Below are positions 22,244 through 30,778 of a stretch of DNA of 30,778 nucleotides, one piece after another (within the stretch, counting starts at the first letter, position 1; every line of letters starts with the position of its first letter). Where the stretch lies: the IMG/VR virus record IMGVR_UViG_3300025310_000003, positions 1 to 30,778 of that record; one strand, written 5' to 3'. The notes beneath the pieces are model-generated. The model saw only the letters and a list, made by a program, of their open reading frames with translations, was not told the DNA's origin and made no database searches. The position numbers were made by a program, and so were the translations under genes. Source of the DNA: a virus.

Positions 22244-23728
22244 ATGATCCGCCCCGTCATCGGCCAGCCGGCGCCCGTGCATCCAACGTACGCCACGGAT
22301 GAGGTGGCGCGGCGATTCTGGCGCCTGTCGTACCGCTGCGGACGCGGATACCTGTCTGGCCGGGATGCGCTGGATGGCCCCGTCCTGGTGAACCATGAGC
22401 GCGAGGAGCTGGCAGGCTACAAGCGCCGCCTCCGCATCACCAAAGCTCGCGGGTTCGTCGGGCCGATCCTGCGCCGATACCTGGGCCTGGTGTTCCGGCG
22501 CCCACCCATCCGGCCCGCTGATCTTCCACCGCTGGCCACGGAATTCGTGGCCGACGCCACCGGCACAGGCGTCCCGCTGGACACCGTGATGCGTCGCGCC
22601 CTGGCCCGCGCCCAGGTGGACCGGGAAAGCTATCTGGTGCCGGACATGACGGGATCCCCTGGCGTGCACAACCCCACGCAGGCCCAGCTGGCACAGGCTG
22701 GCACGCGCCCGGTGGTCTATGTCCTGAATGCATCATGCGTCCTGCATTGGGAGGAGGCGCCCGGTGGAGGTCTGTCGGAAATCCTGTTCATGTGGACCGA
22801 TGCCAATGGCCAGGCCATCCTCCGCTGGATGGACAAAACCGATTTCCAGGACTTCACCGTAAAGCCCGGCGCAACGGCGGGCGGCGAGATCGTTTCGGCC
22901 GGGCAGCAGCAGCCACACGGCTACACGACCATGCCCGTGATCCGTCTGCGCCCGGTGTGGGACCCCGACAACGATTGGGCTGGCGAGGCGTCCGCAGGCG
23001 ATTCGCAGGCTGGCCCGCTGGCCGAGTCCCAGCAGGCTATAGCCAATTATCTGTCCCTGCTGAATGAGGAGATCTTCAACGTCACATTTTCCCAGATGAT
23101 AGCGAGTGGCGTTGACGAATCCGCCGTGAAGGATGTCAAGGTGGGCAACTGCCGCATCCTGTGTCTCCCCAACCCGGCTGCACGGGTGGACTTCATCGGC
23201 GCGAATCCAGCCCAGGCTGCCAGCATCCGGGAAGCCCTCACGGACGAAATCAGCTACCTTTACCGAGCAGCTGGTCTGGCACCCGGCGACCCGCTGGCAT
23301 CCGGCCAGGCCGTTTCAGGCGTGGCGCTGGCGTGGCGCGCATCGGACATGGCCAGCATCGTGGACGCCCTGGCGAGCGCCACGGAGGACGCGGAGAATGC
23401 CCTGTGGCGGGTCCTGTCGGATGCCTGGGGATTCCACCTGCCGGCGCCGACACACTACACCGCTGACGCGGACCTGCCCGACTTCCAGGCGGAGGCCCAG
23501 TCCATGCAGGCCATCATCGCATCCACCGCCATCCCATCGGTCATCCGCCGCAAGGTGGCAGAGCGATTCGCGGCGCGCAACCTGTCCCTCTCCCCGGATG
23601 AGGAAAAGGAATTGGCCGGGAGCATGACCGAGGACCGAGCTGCTGCCCGTGCCGCTTCCGCTGCCGCATCCATGTTCCGCATGGCAGCGTCCGGGATGGA
23701 TGACGGCAACGACGAAGGCGCCGGCTGA
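22244..23728 (+). CDS. Portal protein (alternative GTG start at 22199)
   Basis: About 494 aa, directly after terL, with an acidic C-terminal tail. The segment from 22199 to 22243 has lower GC3, so ATG 22244 is preferred. Confidence 0.75.
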   Translation: MIRPVIGQPAPVHPTYATDEVARRFWRLSYRCGRGYLSGRDALDGPVLVNHEREELAGYKRRLRITKARGFVGPILRRYLGLVFRRPPIRPADLPPLATEFVADATGTGVPLDTVMRRALARAQVDRESYLVPDMTGSPGVHNPTQAQLAQAGTRPVVYVLNASCVLHWEEAPGGGLSEILFMWTDANGQAILRWMDKTDFQDFTVKPGATAGGEIVSAGQQQPHGYTTMPVIRLRPVWDPDNDWAGEASAGDSQAGPLAESQQAIANYLSLLNEEIFNVTFSQMIASGVDESAVKDVKVGNCRILCLPNPAARVDFIGANPAQAASIREALTDEISYLYRAAGLAPGDPLASGQAVSGVALAWRASDMASIVDALASATEDAENALWRVLSDAWGFHLPAPTHYTADADLPDFQAEAQSMQAIIASTAIPSVIRRKVAERFAARNLSLSPDEEKELAGSMTEDRAAARAASAAASMFRMAASGMDDGNDEGAG

Positions 23729-24051
23729 TGGCATCCACGCCAGCATCGTCCGCCTCTCGCACCGCTGCGGTGGCCATGATCCTGGATGACGGGGACGGCC
23801 CGGTGGAATTTCGGCCAGGCGTCCCGCGCCTGGTGGTCCTGCGCCACACGGCAGGCTTGAAACCTGGACCGCTCACCCCGCGCACGCCGCTGTCCCTTGC
23901 CCGTCTGGGCCTCGTGGTGACGGCGGCCGGCTACGCCGAGCCTGAATCTCCAGCCCACCCGCTTGGCCTGTTCCTCGCTGCGGTGTCCAACCTGGGTGCC
24001 GCGCCCGTCACCATTGCCCAGGGCACGCACCTGGGCCACGCCTTCCCATAG
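23728..24051 (+). CDS. Hypothetical 107-aa protein with faint dUTPase-fold-like pattern
   Basis: ATGA overlap with the portal stop and high GC3. PRTPLSLARLGLVV...LGLFLAAVSNLGAAPVTIAQGTHLG loosely resembles RSSla..G..v ... l.l.N.g...v.i..G.riaq, but no catalytic D.DYRG-type motif is visible. Confidence 0.5.
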   Translation: MASTPASSASRTAAVAMILDDGDGPVEFRPGVPRLVVLRHTAGLKPGPLTPRTPLSLARLGLVVTAAGYAEPESPAHPLGLFLAAVSNLGAAPVTIAQGTHLGHAFP

Positions 24052-24059
24052 GACCACCC

Positions 24060-24839
24060 ATGACCAGATGCCCCACCATCCCCTTCCTGGCCACCTGCAT
24101 GGCGCCTGCCGGTGATGCTGGCGGTGACGGCGGAGGCGGCACGCCGCCGATCGCCGGTGGGGGCGGTGGCGATGGGAAACCGGCGCTGGTCAAGGTGACG
24201 CTGCCGGGTGGTGTCACCGTGGAGATGCCCAAGGATCAGGCGGAAGCATTCATGGCGGCACGCGCCAAGGAAAAGGCGGAGCGAGAGGATTTGGCCAAGC
24301 GGGTTGGCGCGGTGGAGGCTGAGCGGAAAAAGGCCGAGGACCAAGCCGCCGCCGCAGCCCAGGAAAAGGAAGTCCTACGCTTGGCCAAAGAGGGCGAATT
24401 GGCCAAGGTCCGGGAAATCCTGACCCGCGAGAGCAACGCCAAGCTGGAAGCCCTGTCCCGCCGGGTCGTGGATCAGGAATTAAGCGTCCAGATCCGACGC
24501 CTGGCGCCAGGCCTTGTGGATGAAGCCGTGGCCGATATCGTGAGCCTTGTCCGCGGCAGGGCTGGGATCGACCCGGAAACCGCCGTGGTCCGCATCGTGG
24601 GGGATGACGGCCAACCCCTCATGCGTGACGGCCAACCACTAGGCGCGGATGCGTACCTGGCGGAATGGTTGGCGGCCCGACCCCATTTCCAGACAGCCAA
24701 GGTTCCTTCCGGCACGGGGGGCAAGCCGCCGGGCAACCCTCCGATAAGCTCTGCCACCATCCGCCGGGCCGACCTGGGCACTATCACCCTGGCCCAGGCG
24801 GAAGCCTTGCGCAAGGGAACCCTGCGCGTGGTGGATTAG
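24060..24839 (+). CDS. Scaffolding protein
   Basis: It lies between the portal and the major capsid gene. Gly-rich N-terminus followed by a charged coiled-coil (AKEKAEREDLAKRVGAVEAERKKAEDQAAAAAQEKE). AGGA SD present. Confidence 0.7.
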   Translation: MTRCPTIPFLATCMAPAGDAGGDGGGGTPPIAGGGGGDGKPALVKVTLPGGVTVEMPKDQAEAFMAARAKEKAEREDLAKRVGAVEAERKKAEDQAAAAAQEKEVLRLAKEGELAKVREILTRESNAKLEALSRRVVDQELSVQIRRLAPGLVDEAVADIVSLVRGRAGIDPETAVVRIVGDDGQPLMRDGQPLGADAYLAEWLAARPHFQTAKVPSGTGGKPPGNPPISSATIRRADLGTITLAQAEALRKGTLRVVD

Positions 24840-24904
24840 GGCGCCGGCCGACGCAGCTTCCAGCTCCACCGAGAGCCATCACCACCTGACCAGGAACCTA
24901 TCCG

Positions 24905-26029
24905 ATGAACTCCCTCAACGTCCTTATCCCCGTCATGTTCGCATCGCTCAATCGCGTGCTGCGGCAGACCGGTTTCATCCTGAACGTCCCCACCCTGGAT
25001 ACCGCTGCCACTGGCGCGGCCGTGGGCCAGACCGTGAACATTGGCCATAGCGCCGCTCTGACCGCCTACGACGTGACCCCCAGCGCCACCGCGCCGGTCC
25101 TGACCGACACCGCCCCCACCGCGCAGACGGTCACCATCACCAAATCTCGCGGCGCCCGCTTCCATATGACCGGCGAGGATTGGAAGGCGATTGAAAGCCG
25201 AGGCCCGGAATTCCGCGTCCGCATGCTCGATGAAGCCCTGGCAGCCCTCATCCATGAGATGGGCGCATTCGTCTGGGACTACATGGACAAGCAGTGCGGC
25301 CTTGCCATCGGATCCGCCGGCTCGGACCCGTTCGCCAGCAACCCCAATGTCCTGATGGACGCCTGGCGCATCCTGTCGGACGCCAAGGCCCCGGAAATGG
25401 ACCGTGTGGCAGTCCTCTCAACCCTGGAATACGCCTCGGCGGGCAAACTGCCCCAATTCCAGAAGGCCCTGGAAGCCCCGGCCGGCACCAATTTCGCCAC
25501 CGCCCGCCTGGGCATGCTGGCGAATTTCGCCACCGGCTGGGACCAGGCCGTGGGCACCCACACCGCTGGGACCGGCAGCGGCTATCAGGTCAACAACGCG
25601 GCTGGCTACCCCGCCGGCACGACCGTTATCACGGTGGACACCGGGTCCAACCCCCTGGTGGCTGGCGACGTGGTGTCGTTCGCGGGCCATGCGACGAAGT
25701 ATGTGGTCGCCAGCTTGGCGGGAAATGATCTGACTCTGAACGTGGGCCTGACCAACGCCGTGGCCGACAATGAGGTCATCACCAAGGCTGCCAGCCACCG
25801 GAGCAACATCCTGGCCCACCGGGATGCGTTCGTCCTGGCCGTCCGCCCGCCGGCCGAGGCCCCCGATGGCGATTCCGCCAGCTCGGTCCAGATCATCACC
25901 GACCCCGTTACCGGCATCAGCCTGCGCCTGGCCCACTACAAGGGCTATCATGCGGGCCAGTGGGAGATGTCGCTGGTGTACGGCATGGGCAAGCGCCGGT
26001 CCAGCCTGGCCGTCAAGCTCATGGCCTGA
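24905..26029 (+). CDS. Major capsid protein (P22 coat-like HK97-fold family)
   Basis: 374 aa, downstream of the scaffold gene. GQTVNIGHSAALTAYDVTP...TAQTVTITKSRGARFHMTGEDW matches the pattern I associate with P22-type coat proteins. A strong hairpin follows the stop. Confidence 0.8.
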   Translation: MNSLNVLIPVMFASLNRVLRQTGFILNVPTLDTAATGAAVGQTVNIGHSAALTAYDVTPSATAPVLTDTAPTAQTVTITKSRGARFHMTGEDWKAIESRGPEFRVRMLDEALAALIHEMGAFVWDYMDKQCGLAIGSAGSDPFASNPNVLMDAWRILSDAKAPEMDRVAVLSTLEYASAGKLPQFQKALEAPAGTNFATARLGMLANFATGWDQAVGTHTAGTGSGYQVNNAAGYPAGTTVITVDTGSNPLVAGDVVSFAGHATKYVVASLAGNDLTLNVGLTNAVADNEVITKAASHRSNILAHRDAFVLAVRPPAEAPDGDSASSVQIITDPVTGISLRLAHYKGYHAGQWEMSLVYGMGKRRSSLAVKLMA

Positions 26030-26050
26030 TCCGCTAGGATACGAACCCAT

Positions 26051-26081
26051 GGACCCGGCCGGCGCCTGCCGCGCCGGGTCC
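26051..26081 (+). terminator. GC-rich hairpin after the major capsid gene (terminator/attenuator-like)
   Basis: GGACCCGGC CGGC gcct GCCG c GCCGGGTCC, followed by tgtcctataggg attccttc, which is only a moderately T-rich tail. Confidence 0.45.
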
Positions 26082-26104
26082 TGTCCTATAGGGATTCCTT
26101 CAAC

Positions 26105-26974
26105 ATGCCCATCGTGACGGCCCACCGAGTCCAGCGGGAGCGTATTCTGGCGGCATGTCGCCAGACCGGCGTTGCCGACGCCGCTGGCGTGGACGCTGGA
26201 GCGTGGGCATCCACGACATCACCACGGGTGCTGCCGGGGGATCGCGCCGGCTATGTGGGCGGACTCCACCGTGGGCGCCTGCCGGCCCTGGAAATCCACC
26301 AGACGGCGGACACCTGGGAGCGACAGGCCACATCCGGCGGCACCATCACCACGGAATGGATCATGCGCGCCCATGTCCCGGAACCATCCTTGGCAGAGGC
26401 CGAGGAGCGGGCGCGTGGCATGCTCCTGGTGGCGCTGGCCAACCTGCGGGCAGATCCGTACCTGACGGAAGGCAGGGAACAATTCGATGCCGTCCAAGCC
26501 GGCCCGCTGGGGCATAGCCTGGCTGTCCGCTTCACCCTGTTCCACACCTACGACCGGGCCACCTACGAAACGGACGGCATCATTGCGCCGCCGCCCGCGC
26601 CGCCGGCCAGCGACCCGGACCCCACGGACATGGCGTTCGTTGCAGCGGAAACGGTGTCTGGCGGGCGCGTGGTCTGGTACGACCCGGCCGCGCCCGGATG
26701 GCGCTACGCCTCCCATCTGAACCCGGCCCACATGGGCGTTTCCCTGGGTGTCACGCTCGGGGCCATCATGGCTGGCGCCACCGGCTCAGCACGCATGTAT
26801 GGCATCATGACCGACCCGGCATGGTCCTTCCCGGCGCCTGTGACCCTGTGGCTGGGAGACGCCGGGAATCTGCTGATGTCACCGCCCTCAACCGGCTTCC
26901 TGCGGGAAGTGGCCAGGGCTATCGAACCGAACCGCATCATCGTGGAGCCGGAAGCCCCGGTGGTCATCCTCTAA
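26105..26974 (+). CDS. Virion protein: DUF3168-like N-terminal half plus a C-terminal beta domain paralogous to the next gene
   Basis: The C-terminus GRVVWYDPAAPGW...GVSLGVTLGAIMAGATGSARMYG...VTLWLGDAGNLLMSPPSTGFLREVARAIEPNRIIV aligns by eye with the C-terminus of 26995..27516. Confidence 0.55.
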   Translation: MPIVTAHRVQRERILAACRQTGVADAAGVDAGAWASTTSPRVLPGDRAGYVGGLHRGRLPALEIHQTADTWERQATSGGTITTEWIMRAHVPEPSLAEAEERARGMLLVALANLRADPYLTEGREQFDAVQAGPLGHSLAVRFTLFHTYDRATYETDGIIAPPPAPPASDPDPTDMAFVAAETVSGGRVVWYDPAAPGWRYASHLNPAHMGVSLGVTLGAIMAGATGSARMYGIMTDPAWSFPAPVTLWLGDAGNLLMSPPSTGFLREVARAIEPNRIIVEPEAPVVIL

Positions 26975-26994
26975 CGCAACCAAGGACCATTCCC

Positions 26995-27516
26995 ATGCCA
27001 GCAAAGAAATTCCTCCGCTTGGTGTCCGGTATCATCACCGAGATAGCCGGCACCGTCACCAGCGCCGGGGCCGGCAACGATGGCGATATCGTTGCCCTCG
27101 ACTCGACCGGCCGCATCGATCCGTCCATGATGCCCGTGGGCGTCGCGGCAGAGGTCAAGGTGGCGGTGGCGTCGGAAGCCCTGGCGGGCGGCGATATGGT
27201 CAACCTGTGGCTGGATGCCGGGGTTCTCAAGGCACGCAAGGCCGACGCTTCGACCACCGGCAAGGAAGCCAACGGATTCGTGCTGGTGGCCGTCTCCACC
27301 GGCGCCAATGCCACCGTGTACCTGCCGAGTCAGACGAACACGGCCCGGACCGGCCTCACCATCGGAGCCCATTACTGGCTCAGCGATGCATCGCCTGGTG
27401 GCGTCACCACCACCCCGCCGACCGGCGCCGGCAAAGTGTCGCAATTCGTGGGCAAGGCCCTGTCAGCGACCGAGCTGGTCTTTGTTCCCGGCCCGGCCAT
27501 CACCACGGCGGCCTGA
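26995..27516 (+). CDS. Fibre / decoration-like virion protein
   Basis: AGGA lies 8 nt upstream. The N-terminus contains AGNDGDIVALDSTGRIDPSMMP, a g.iv.Ld..G.iD.s..P motif common in phage fibres. The C-terminal beta domain is shared with the previous gene. Confidence 0.6.
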   Translation: MPAKKFLRLVSGIITEIAGTVTSAGAGNDGDIVALDSTGRIDPSMMPVGVAAEVKVAVASEALAGGDMVNLWLDAGVLKARKADASTTGKEANGFVLVAVSTGANATVYLPSQTNTARTGLTIGAHYWLSDASPGGVTTTPPTGAGKVSQFVGKALSATELVFVPGPAITTAA

Positions 27517-27519
27517 CCC

Positions 27520-28398
27520 ATGGCCGAACGCCGCCCGCTGTGCCTGGTGGCGGGCATCATTGCCGAACTCCCGGCGGGGGACACCCTGCCGGGGACCTGT
27601 GACTACCTGAGCACGAACGCGCAGGCTGTCGGCAGCATCACTGGCTCGGTATCGCTTTCGACCGGCGACATGGGCAAAGCGCATGTGGTCGCGGCCGGCG
27701 CCAGTGATTATACCATCACGTTGCCTGCAAGCGTCACGCAGGGGAACAAGGTTGCATTCTATGTGAACATTCCGCCTGGCGGGATGAAGGATACGAAGCA
27801 ATACACCGTGAAGCCGGCGACAGGCGAATACATCGCCGGCCGCGCCGTGGATCAGGGCATGGTGCTGCTGGCGTCAAACGTGCTGATCCTTGAAAGCGCG
27901 GGCGGCGGCGCGTGGTGGATCATCGGCCAGAAGCTTGACACGGATTGGGTGAACGCAGGAGCCATGACACTCACGGCTGTGACAACCAATCCAACCAAGG
28001 GTGGTGGGACCACCTACGACCGGGTGTATTTCCGCCGCGCCGGGCATGATCTTCTGTGTCGCTACGAGTACCGTCAGACGACAGCCGGGACAGCCGGATC
28101 CGGCGATTACCTCTGGGCTGTCCCCATCGGCACGATTGATACCGGACTGGTGACGGCGGAAACCGGCGCCGGATCAGCACACACACGCGCCACCGCAGGT
28201 ATCGGCTCGGGAAAGTACGACGCAGGCGGAACGCTGATCGAAGTCACCGCATCGGTGTATAATACAACACGCATGCGGTTCGACGGAGCGAATGCCAATG
28301 GCGCCAACGGCGGGTTCATTGGATCATCCTATGCCAGCCTGGGCTCTGCCGCCGTGCGATTCCATGTGAACACCTGCACACCCATGACCGACTGGTAG
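27520..28398 (+). CDS. Tail fibre protein
   Basis: The N-terminus RRPLCLVAGIIAELPAG parallels KKFLRLVSGIITEIAG of the previous gene. The C-terminus is Gly/Thr-rich. A Tfa-like chaperone gene follows. Confidence 0.6.
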   Translation: MAERRPLCLVAGIIAELPAGDTLPGTCDYLSTNAQAVGSITGSVSLSTGDMGKAHVVAAGASDYTITLPASVTQGNKVAFYVNIPPGGMKDTKQYTVKPATGEYIAGRAVDQGMVLLASNVLILESAGGGAWWIIGQKLDTDWVNAGAMTLTAVTTNPTKGGGTTYDRVYFRRAGHDLLCRYEYRQTTAGTAGSGDYLWAVPIGTIDTGLVTAETGAGSAHTRATAGIGSGKYDAGGTLIEVTASVYNTTRMRFDGANANGANGGFIGSSYASLGSAAVRFHVNTCTPMTDW

Positions 28399-28402
28399 CC
28401 CC

Positions 28403-28837
28403 ATGCGCTTCCATGCATACGATTCCATGGGCTTCCTGGTCGGCTGGTACGAGGCCGAACAGCCGCGCCCGAACAGCACCGTGGTGCCGCCTCCCTATGG
28501 CGCGAGGTCCCGCTGGAATGGCGAGGCCTGGGTTGAGGACGCCAGCCGCGAACTGGCCAGCATGCGCCACCAGCTGCTGGAAGCGACGTATACAGCCTAT
28601 GCAGATGCGGAGCGCCGGAACCTCACCCCTGCTGGCTCGGTCCAGCTCGCCGCATGGAGCGCGGCAGGCCGGCAACGAGCGCTGGATGTCCGCGCCTGGG
28701 TCGCGGCCCTGTACGCGGAGCGTGACCGCAAGCTGGCGGCGGTGGAGGCTGGGGACCTGACGGTTGATCCCACGCCATCGCAGCCATGGAAGCCCTGGAC
28801 GTTTCGCGAGATTGCGGCGGATCCGGGTGTAACCTAG
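28403..28837 (+). CDS. Tail fibre assembly chaperone (lambda Tfa-like)
   Basis: SRWNGEAWVEDASRE closely parallels lambda Tfa QKWNGTAWVKDTEAE. A helical segment follows, and the C-terminus contains PWKPW. Confidence 0.65.
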   Translation: MRFHAYDSMGFLVGWYEAEQPRPNSTVVPPPYGARSRWNGEAWVEDASRELASMRHQLLEATYTAYADAERRNLTPAGSVQLAAWSAAGRQRALDVRAWVAALYAERDRKLAAVEAGDLTVDPTPSQPWKPWTFREIAADPGVT

Positions 28838-28890
28838 ACTTCTCCCGCTGCGTGGTAGTTTTGGGGCGTCCCGCGCGAGAAAGGACCGCC

Positions 28891-29250
28891 ATGGCAATCT
28901 TTCCGAACGTCGTCGGCGCCGAGTGGCGCGGCGCTGTGACCATACCGAACAACGCAGGAACCGGCTCCCGGCTTCTCGACCTCATGCGCGCCGCAGGCTA
29001 CGACGGGCCTGACGCGTGCGCTGTGAAGGTCCTGGCCCGCGTCCCGGACGGCACCGACCGCAGCGCCTTCGTCATTGCGAGCCGGCGGCCGAACGCAGCG
29101 GCGATATCGTCCACCGACTTCACCACGCACGGGCAGCACGTCGCCGCTGGCACTGAGTATGCTGAGCCGGTTGACCGCGATGCCTCCGAGTCCTACGTTC
29201 GCAGCACGGGCGCCAGCACCGTTTCCGCCATCGTGCTCGCCGCCTGGTGA
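28891..29250 (+). CDS. Hypothetical virion-module protein (119 aa)
   Basis: GAGAAAGGA SD upstream of the ATG at 28891. The upstream part of the 154-aa ORF has no support. Confidence 0.5.
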   Translation: MAIFPNVVGAEWRGAVTIPNNAGTGSRLLDLMRAAGYDGPDACAVKVLARVPDGTDRSAFVIASRRPNAAAISSTDFTTHGQHVAAGTEYAEPVDRDASESYVRSTGASTVSAIVLAAW

Positions 29251-29253
29251 ACC

Positions 29254-29403
29254 ATGCTTGGCGTGTTCCGCCCGTTCGGACTCCGATTGTTCGCGCCGGT
29301 TTTCGTGCCGGATGGTCCGTTCGCGCCAACCTACTACCTCCGGCCCGACAGCGCGTCATACTATCGACGTCCAGGTGGTGTTGACCGTTACGTTCGCCCC
29401 TAA
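29254..29403 (+). CDS. Possible 49-aa ORF (MLGVFRPFGLRLFAPVFVPDGPFAPTYYLRPDSASYYRRPGGVDRYVRP)
   Basis: The ATG lies 3 nt after the upstream stop, and the TAA stop is at 29401. It fills an otherwise empty 175-bp gap. GC3 is only moderate. Confidence 0.25.
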   Translation: MLGVFRPFGLRLFAPVFVPDGPFAPTYYLRPDSASYYRRPGGVDRYVRP

Positions 29404-29425
29404 CCCCTGAGAGAGGGGGGATGCT

Positions 29426-30520
29426 ATGCCAGACCTTACCGTTTCCGCAACCATCGATGCCTTTATGGGCGCGGCCGATGCTGCCGCCGCCAGGACCGCC
29501 ATCAGCGCGGAAGCAGCTGGCGCCGCAGCCGCCGCGCAATCTGCGGCCATCGCGGCATCGCAGCCGCGCCCGGAGGAACGGACCGCCAGCTTTACAGCGG
29601 CAGACGCAGGGGTTTACATCACAACCGCAACGCTGACCGTGAACGACCCGTCACCGGTACAGGGGTATTCATACAGCGTGGAAGTCCGCAACGGCACGGC
29701 GACCATAGGCGGCACGGCCTACGCCGCGCCCTGTCGTGTGGTGCGGACCTTCCATGCAGGCGCCTGGGCAGACCGGGTGGACTCACCGGATGCGTCATTC
29801 CTCACGGCCGGCATCATGCCGTCCGCCAGGTTGGCGGCGGACTGTCTCAAGTCTCAAGCCAACCGGGAAACGTTCATCTATGACGACATGGCCGGAAGTG
29901 GCGTCAACGGGCCGGGGCAATGGACGGCTTCCACCTCGGGCGGATCCTGGGCGACGACGTCAGTCCAGAGTGGTGATCGGTACGGGGTGGTCCGTGCAGC
30001 GACCGGGACCGCCGCCAGCACCAACCAACGGGGCGCGGCCCACACGGGAACACCCGGATCGTCCGGTCCGATCAGGCTGGGCGGCATGTTGGTGGAGTGG
30101 TGCGCCGATGTTGCGCCAGCCCTGGCGCTGTTTTCGGGCGGACTGAGCGGTGAGATATTCGTGGGGTTGGCGTCGGGCGTGACCGTTCCGTCTCATGGTG
30201 TGTACCTCGCCAGCCGCGACGGCGGGAACTGGCTCGCCGTGACCCGCGCCAGCAGCATCGAAACCGTCACCGATACCGGCGTGGCGCCGGCCCTGGGAAC
30301 CTGGGTGAACTACCGCGTGGACGTGGAGGCGGACCGCAGCGCCGTTCGCCACTATGTCAACGGAGCCCTGGTTGCCACGCACACAACGAACATTCCGGCT
30401 GCCAATGTCAACCTGTCGCAAATCATCAGCGTGAACCGCGTCAGCACCACCGGGACCAGCGTGGCGCTGGACGTTGACTTTGCGTGGCTCCGCCTGTACC
30501 GCAACGCCAACCGCTGGTAG
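29426..30520 (+). CDS. Fibre / receptor-binding protein with a C-terminal concanavalin-A/LamG-like jelly-roll
   Basis: N-terminus AADAAAARTAISAEAAGAAA (the a.aR.alGa motif seen in fibre N-termini). C-terminus WVNYRVDVEADRSAVRHYVNGALVATH...VDFAWLRLYR is typical of LamG-like lectin folds. A G-rich SD lies 5 nt upstream. Confidence 0.6.
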   Translation: MPDLTVSATIDAFMGAADAAAARTAISAEAAGAAAAAQSAAIAASQPRPEERTASFTAADAGVYITTATLTVNDPSPVQGYSYSVEVRNGTATIGGTAYAAPCRVVRTFHAGAWADRVDSPDASFLTAGIMPSARLAADCLKSQANRETFIYDDMAGSGVNGPGQWTASTSGGSWATTSVQSGDRYGVVRAATGTAASTNQRGAAHTGTPGSSGPIRLGGMLVEWCADVAPALALFSGGLSGEIFVGLASGVTVPSHGVYLASRDGGNWLAVTRASSIETVTDTGVAPALGTWVNYRVDVEADRSAVRHYVNGALVATHTTNIPAANVNLSQIISVNRVSTTGTSVALDVDFAWLRLYRNANRW

Positions 30521-30531
30521 GTTACCATACC

Positions 30532-30669
30532 GTGAAATACCGTATCGTGCATGCATCCGGCTGGGTCGAGTTTGCGCACGAAGCAGCCGCCATCGTGTAC
30601 CGGGACGAACACCATCCCGGCTCCCCCATCATCACCCTGCCCCTCGACCCACCCGGTCCTCTGGAGTAA
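30532..30669 (+). CDS. Small hypothetical protein (45 aa from GTG 30532)
   Basis: The portion of the 30484..30669 ORF that does not overlap the upstream gene. Its last codons contain the GGAG that serves the 22..399 gene across the circular junction. Confidence 0.35.
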   Translation: MKYRIVHASGWVEFAHEAAAIVYRDEHHPGSPIITLPLDPPGPLE

Positions 30670-30778
30670 GCCATGCCCCCCCCCCGCACGCAGCCGCCAT
30701 CGGACGATGACAGCACCGCCCGGTACGAACACGGCGAGGGAAGCCGGCGCGGCGGGTCCAGCGGGGACATTCCCTCGG
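30652..30778. repeat. Terminal direct repeat, copy 2; holds a duplicate partial copy (30673..30778) of the 5' end of the 22..399 gene
   Basis: Exact 127-bp identity with 1..127. The unique genome length is therefore 30,651 bp. Confidence 0.95.

Noticed and set aside
1-30778. Interpreting the terminal 127-bp repeats as attL/attR of an integrated prophage or as transposon ends
   Set aside because: The repeat interrupts a gene and its RBS, no flanking host genes exist in the window, and no integrase or transposase is present. Circular assembly overlap is the simpler explanation.

Overview
The window is one complete, circularly closed element of about 30,651 bp. Bases 1-127 are identical to bases 30652-30778, which is an assembly overlap or terminal redundancy. 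The sequence is roughly two-thirds G+C and reads as a tailed dsDNA phage genome.

Layout:
- Structural arm, + strand (20529..30669, continuing through the junction to 22..13672): small and large terminase, portal, scaffold, P22-coat-like major capsid, and a block of fibre-like proteins with a lambda-Tfa-like chaperone. This is followed by a membrane-protein/lipoprotein pair, a MuF (SPP1 gp7-like) head protein fused to a C-terminal R-S-E ADP-ribosyltransferase toxin domain, an HK97 gp10-like neck protein, a small tail-tube protein, a chaperone, a 413-aa tape measure and large distal tail proteins carrying CBM5/12-like motifs.
- Early operon, - strand (17328 down to 13669): ERF annealase, RecE/RecB-like exonuclease, a DUF1376-like protein with a (TPP)n linker, a VRR-NUC/Hjc-like nuclease and a zinc ribbon.
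- Early operon, + strand (18117..20187): a small HTH protein, several unknown small proteins and an XRE-type regulator.
- Non-coding control region (17329..18116, about 790 bp) between the two early operons: a 12-bp iteron-like array, an (ATGAA)6 microsatellite with a G8 tract, and a perfect 28-bp palindrome. They share an ATATGCTC / CATATG core that also overlaps a near-consensus promoter.

I could not recognise an integrase, endolysin, capsid protease, DNA polymerase, helicase, tRNA or CRISPR array. All family assignments come from motifs read by eye in the translations and are not database-confirmed.
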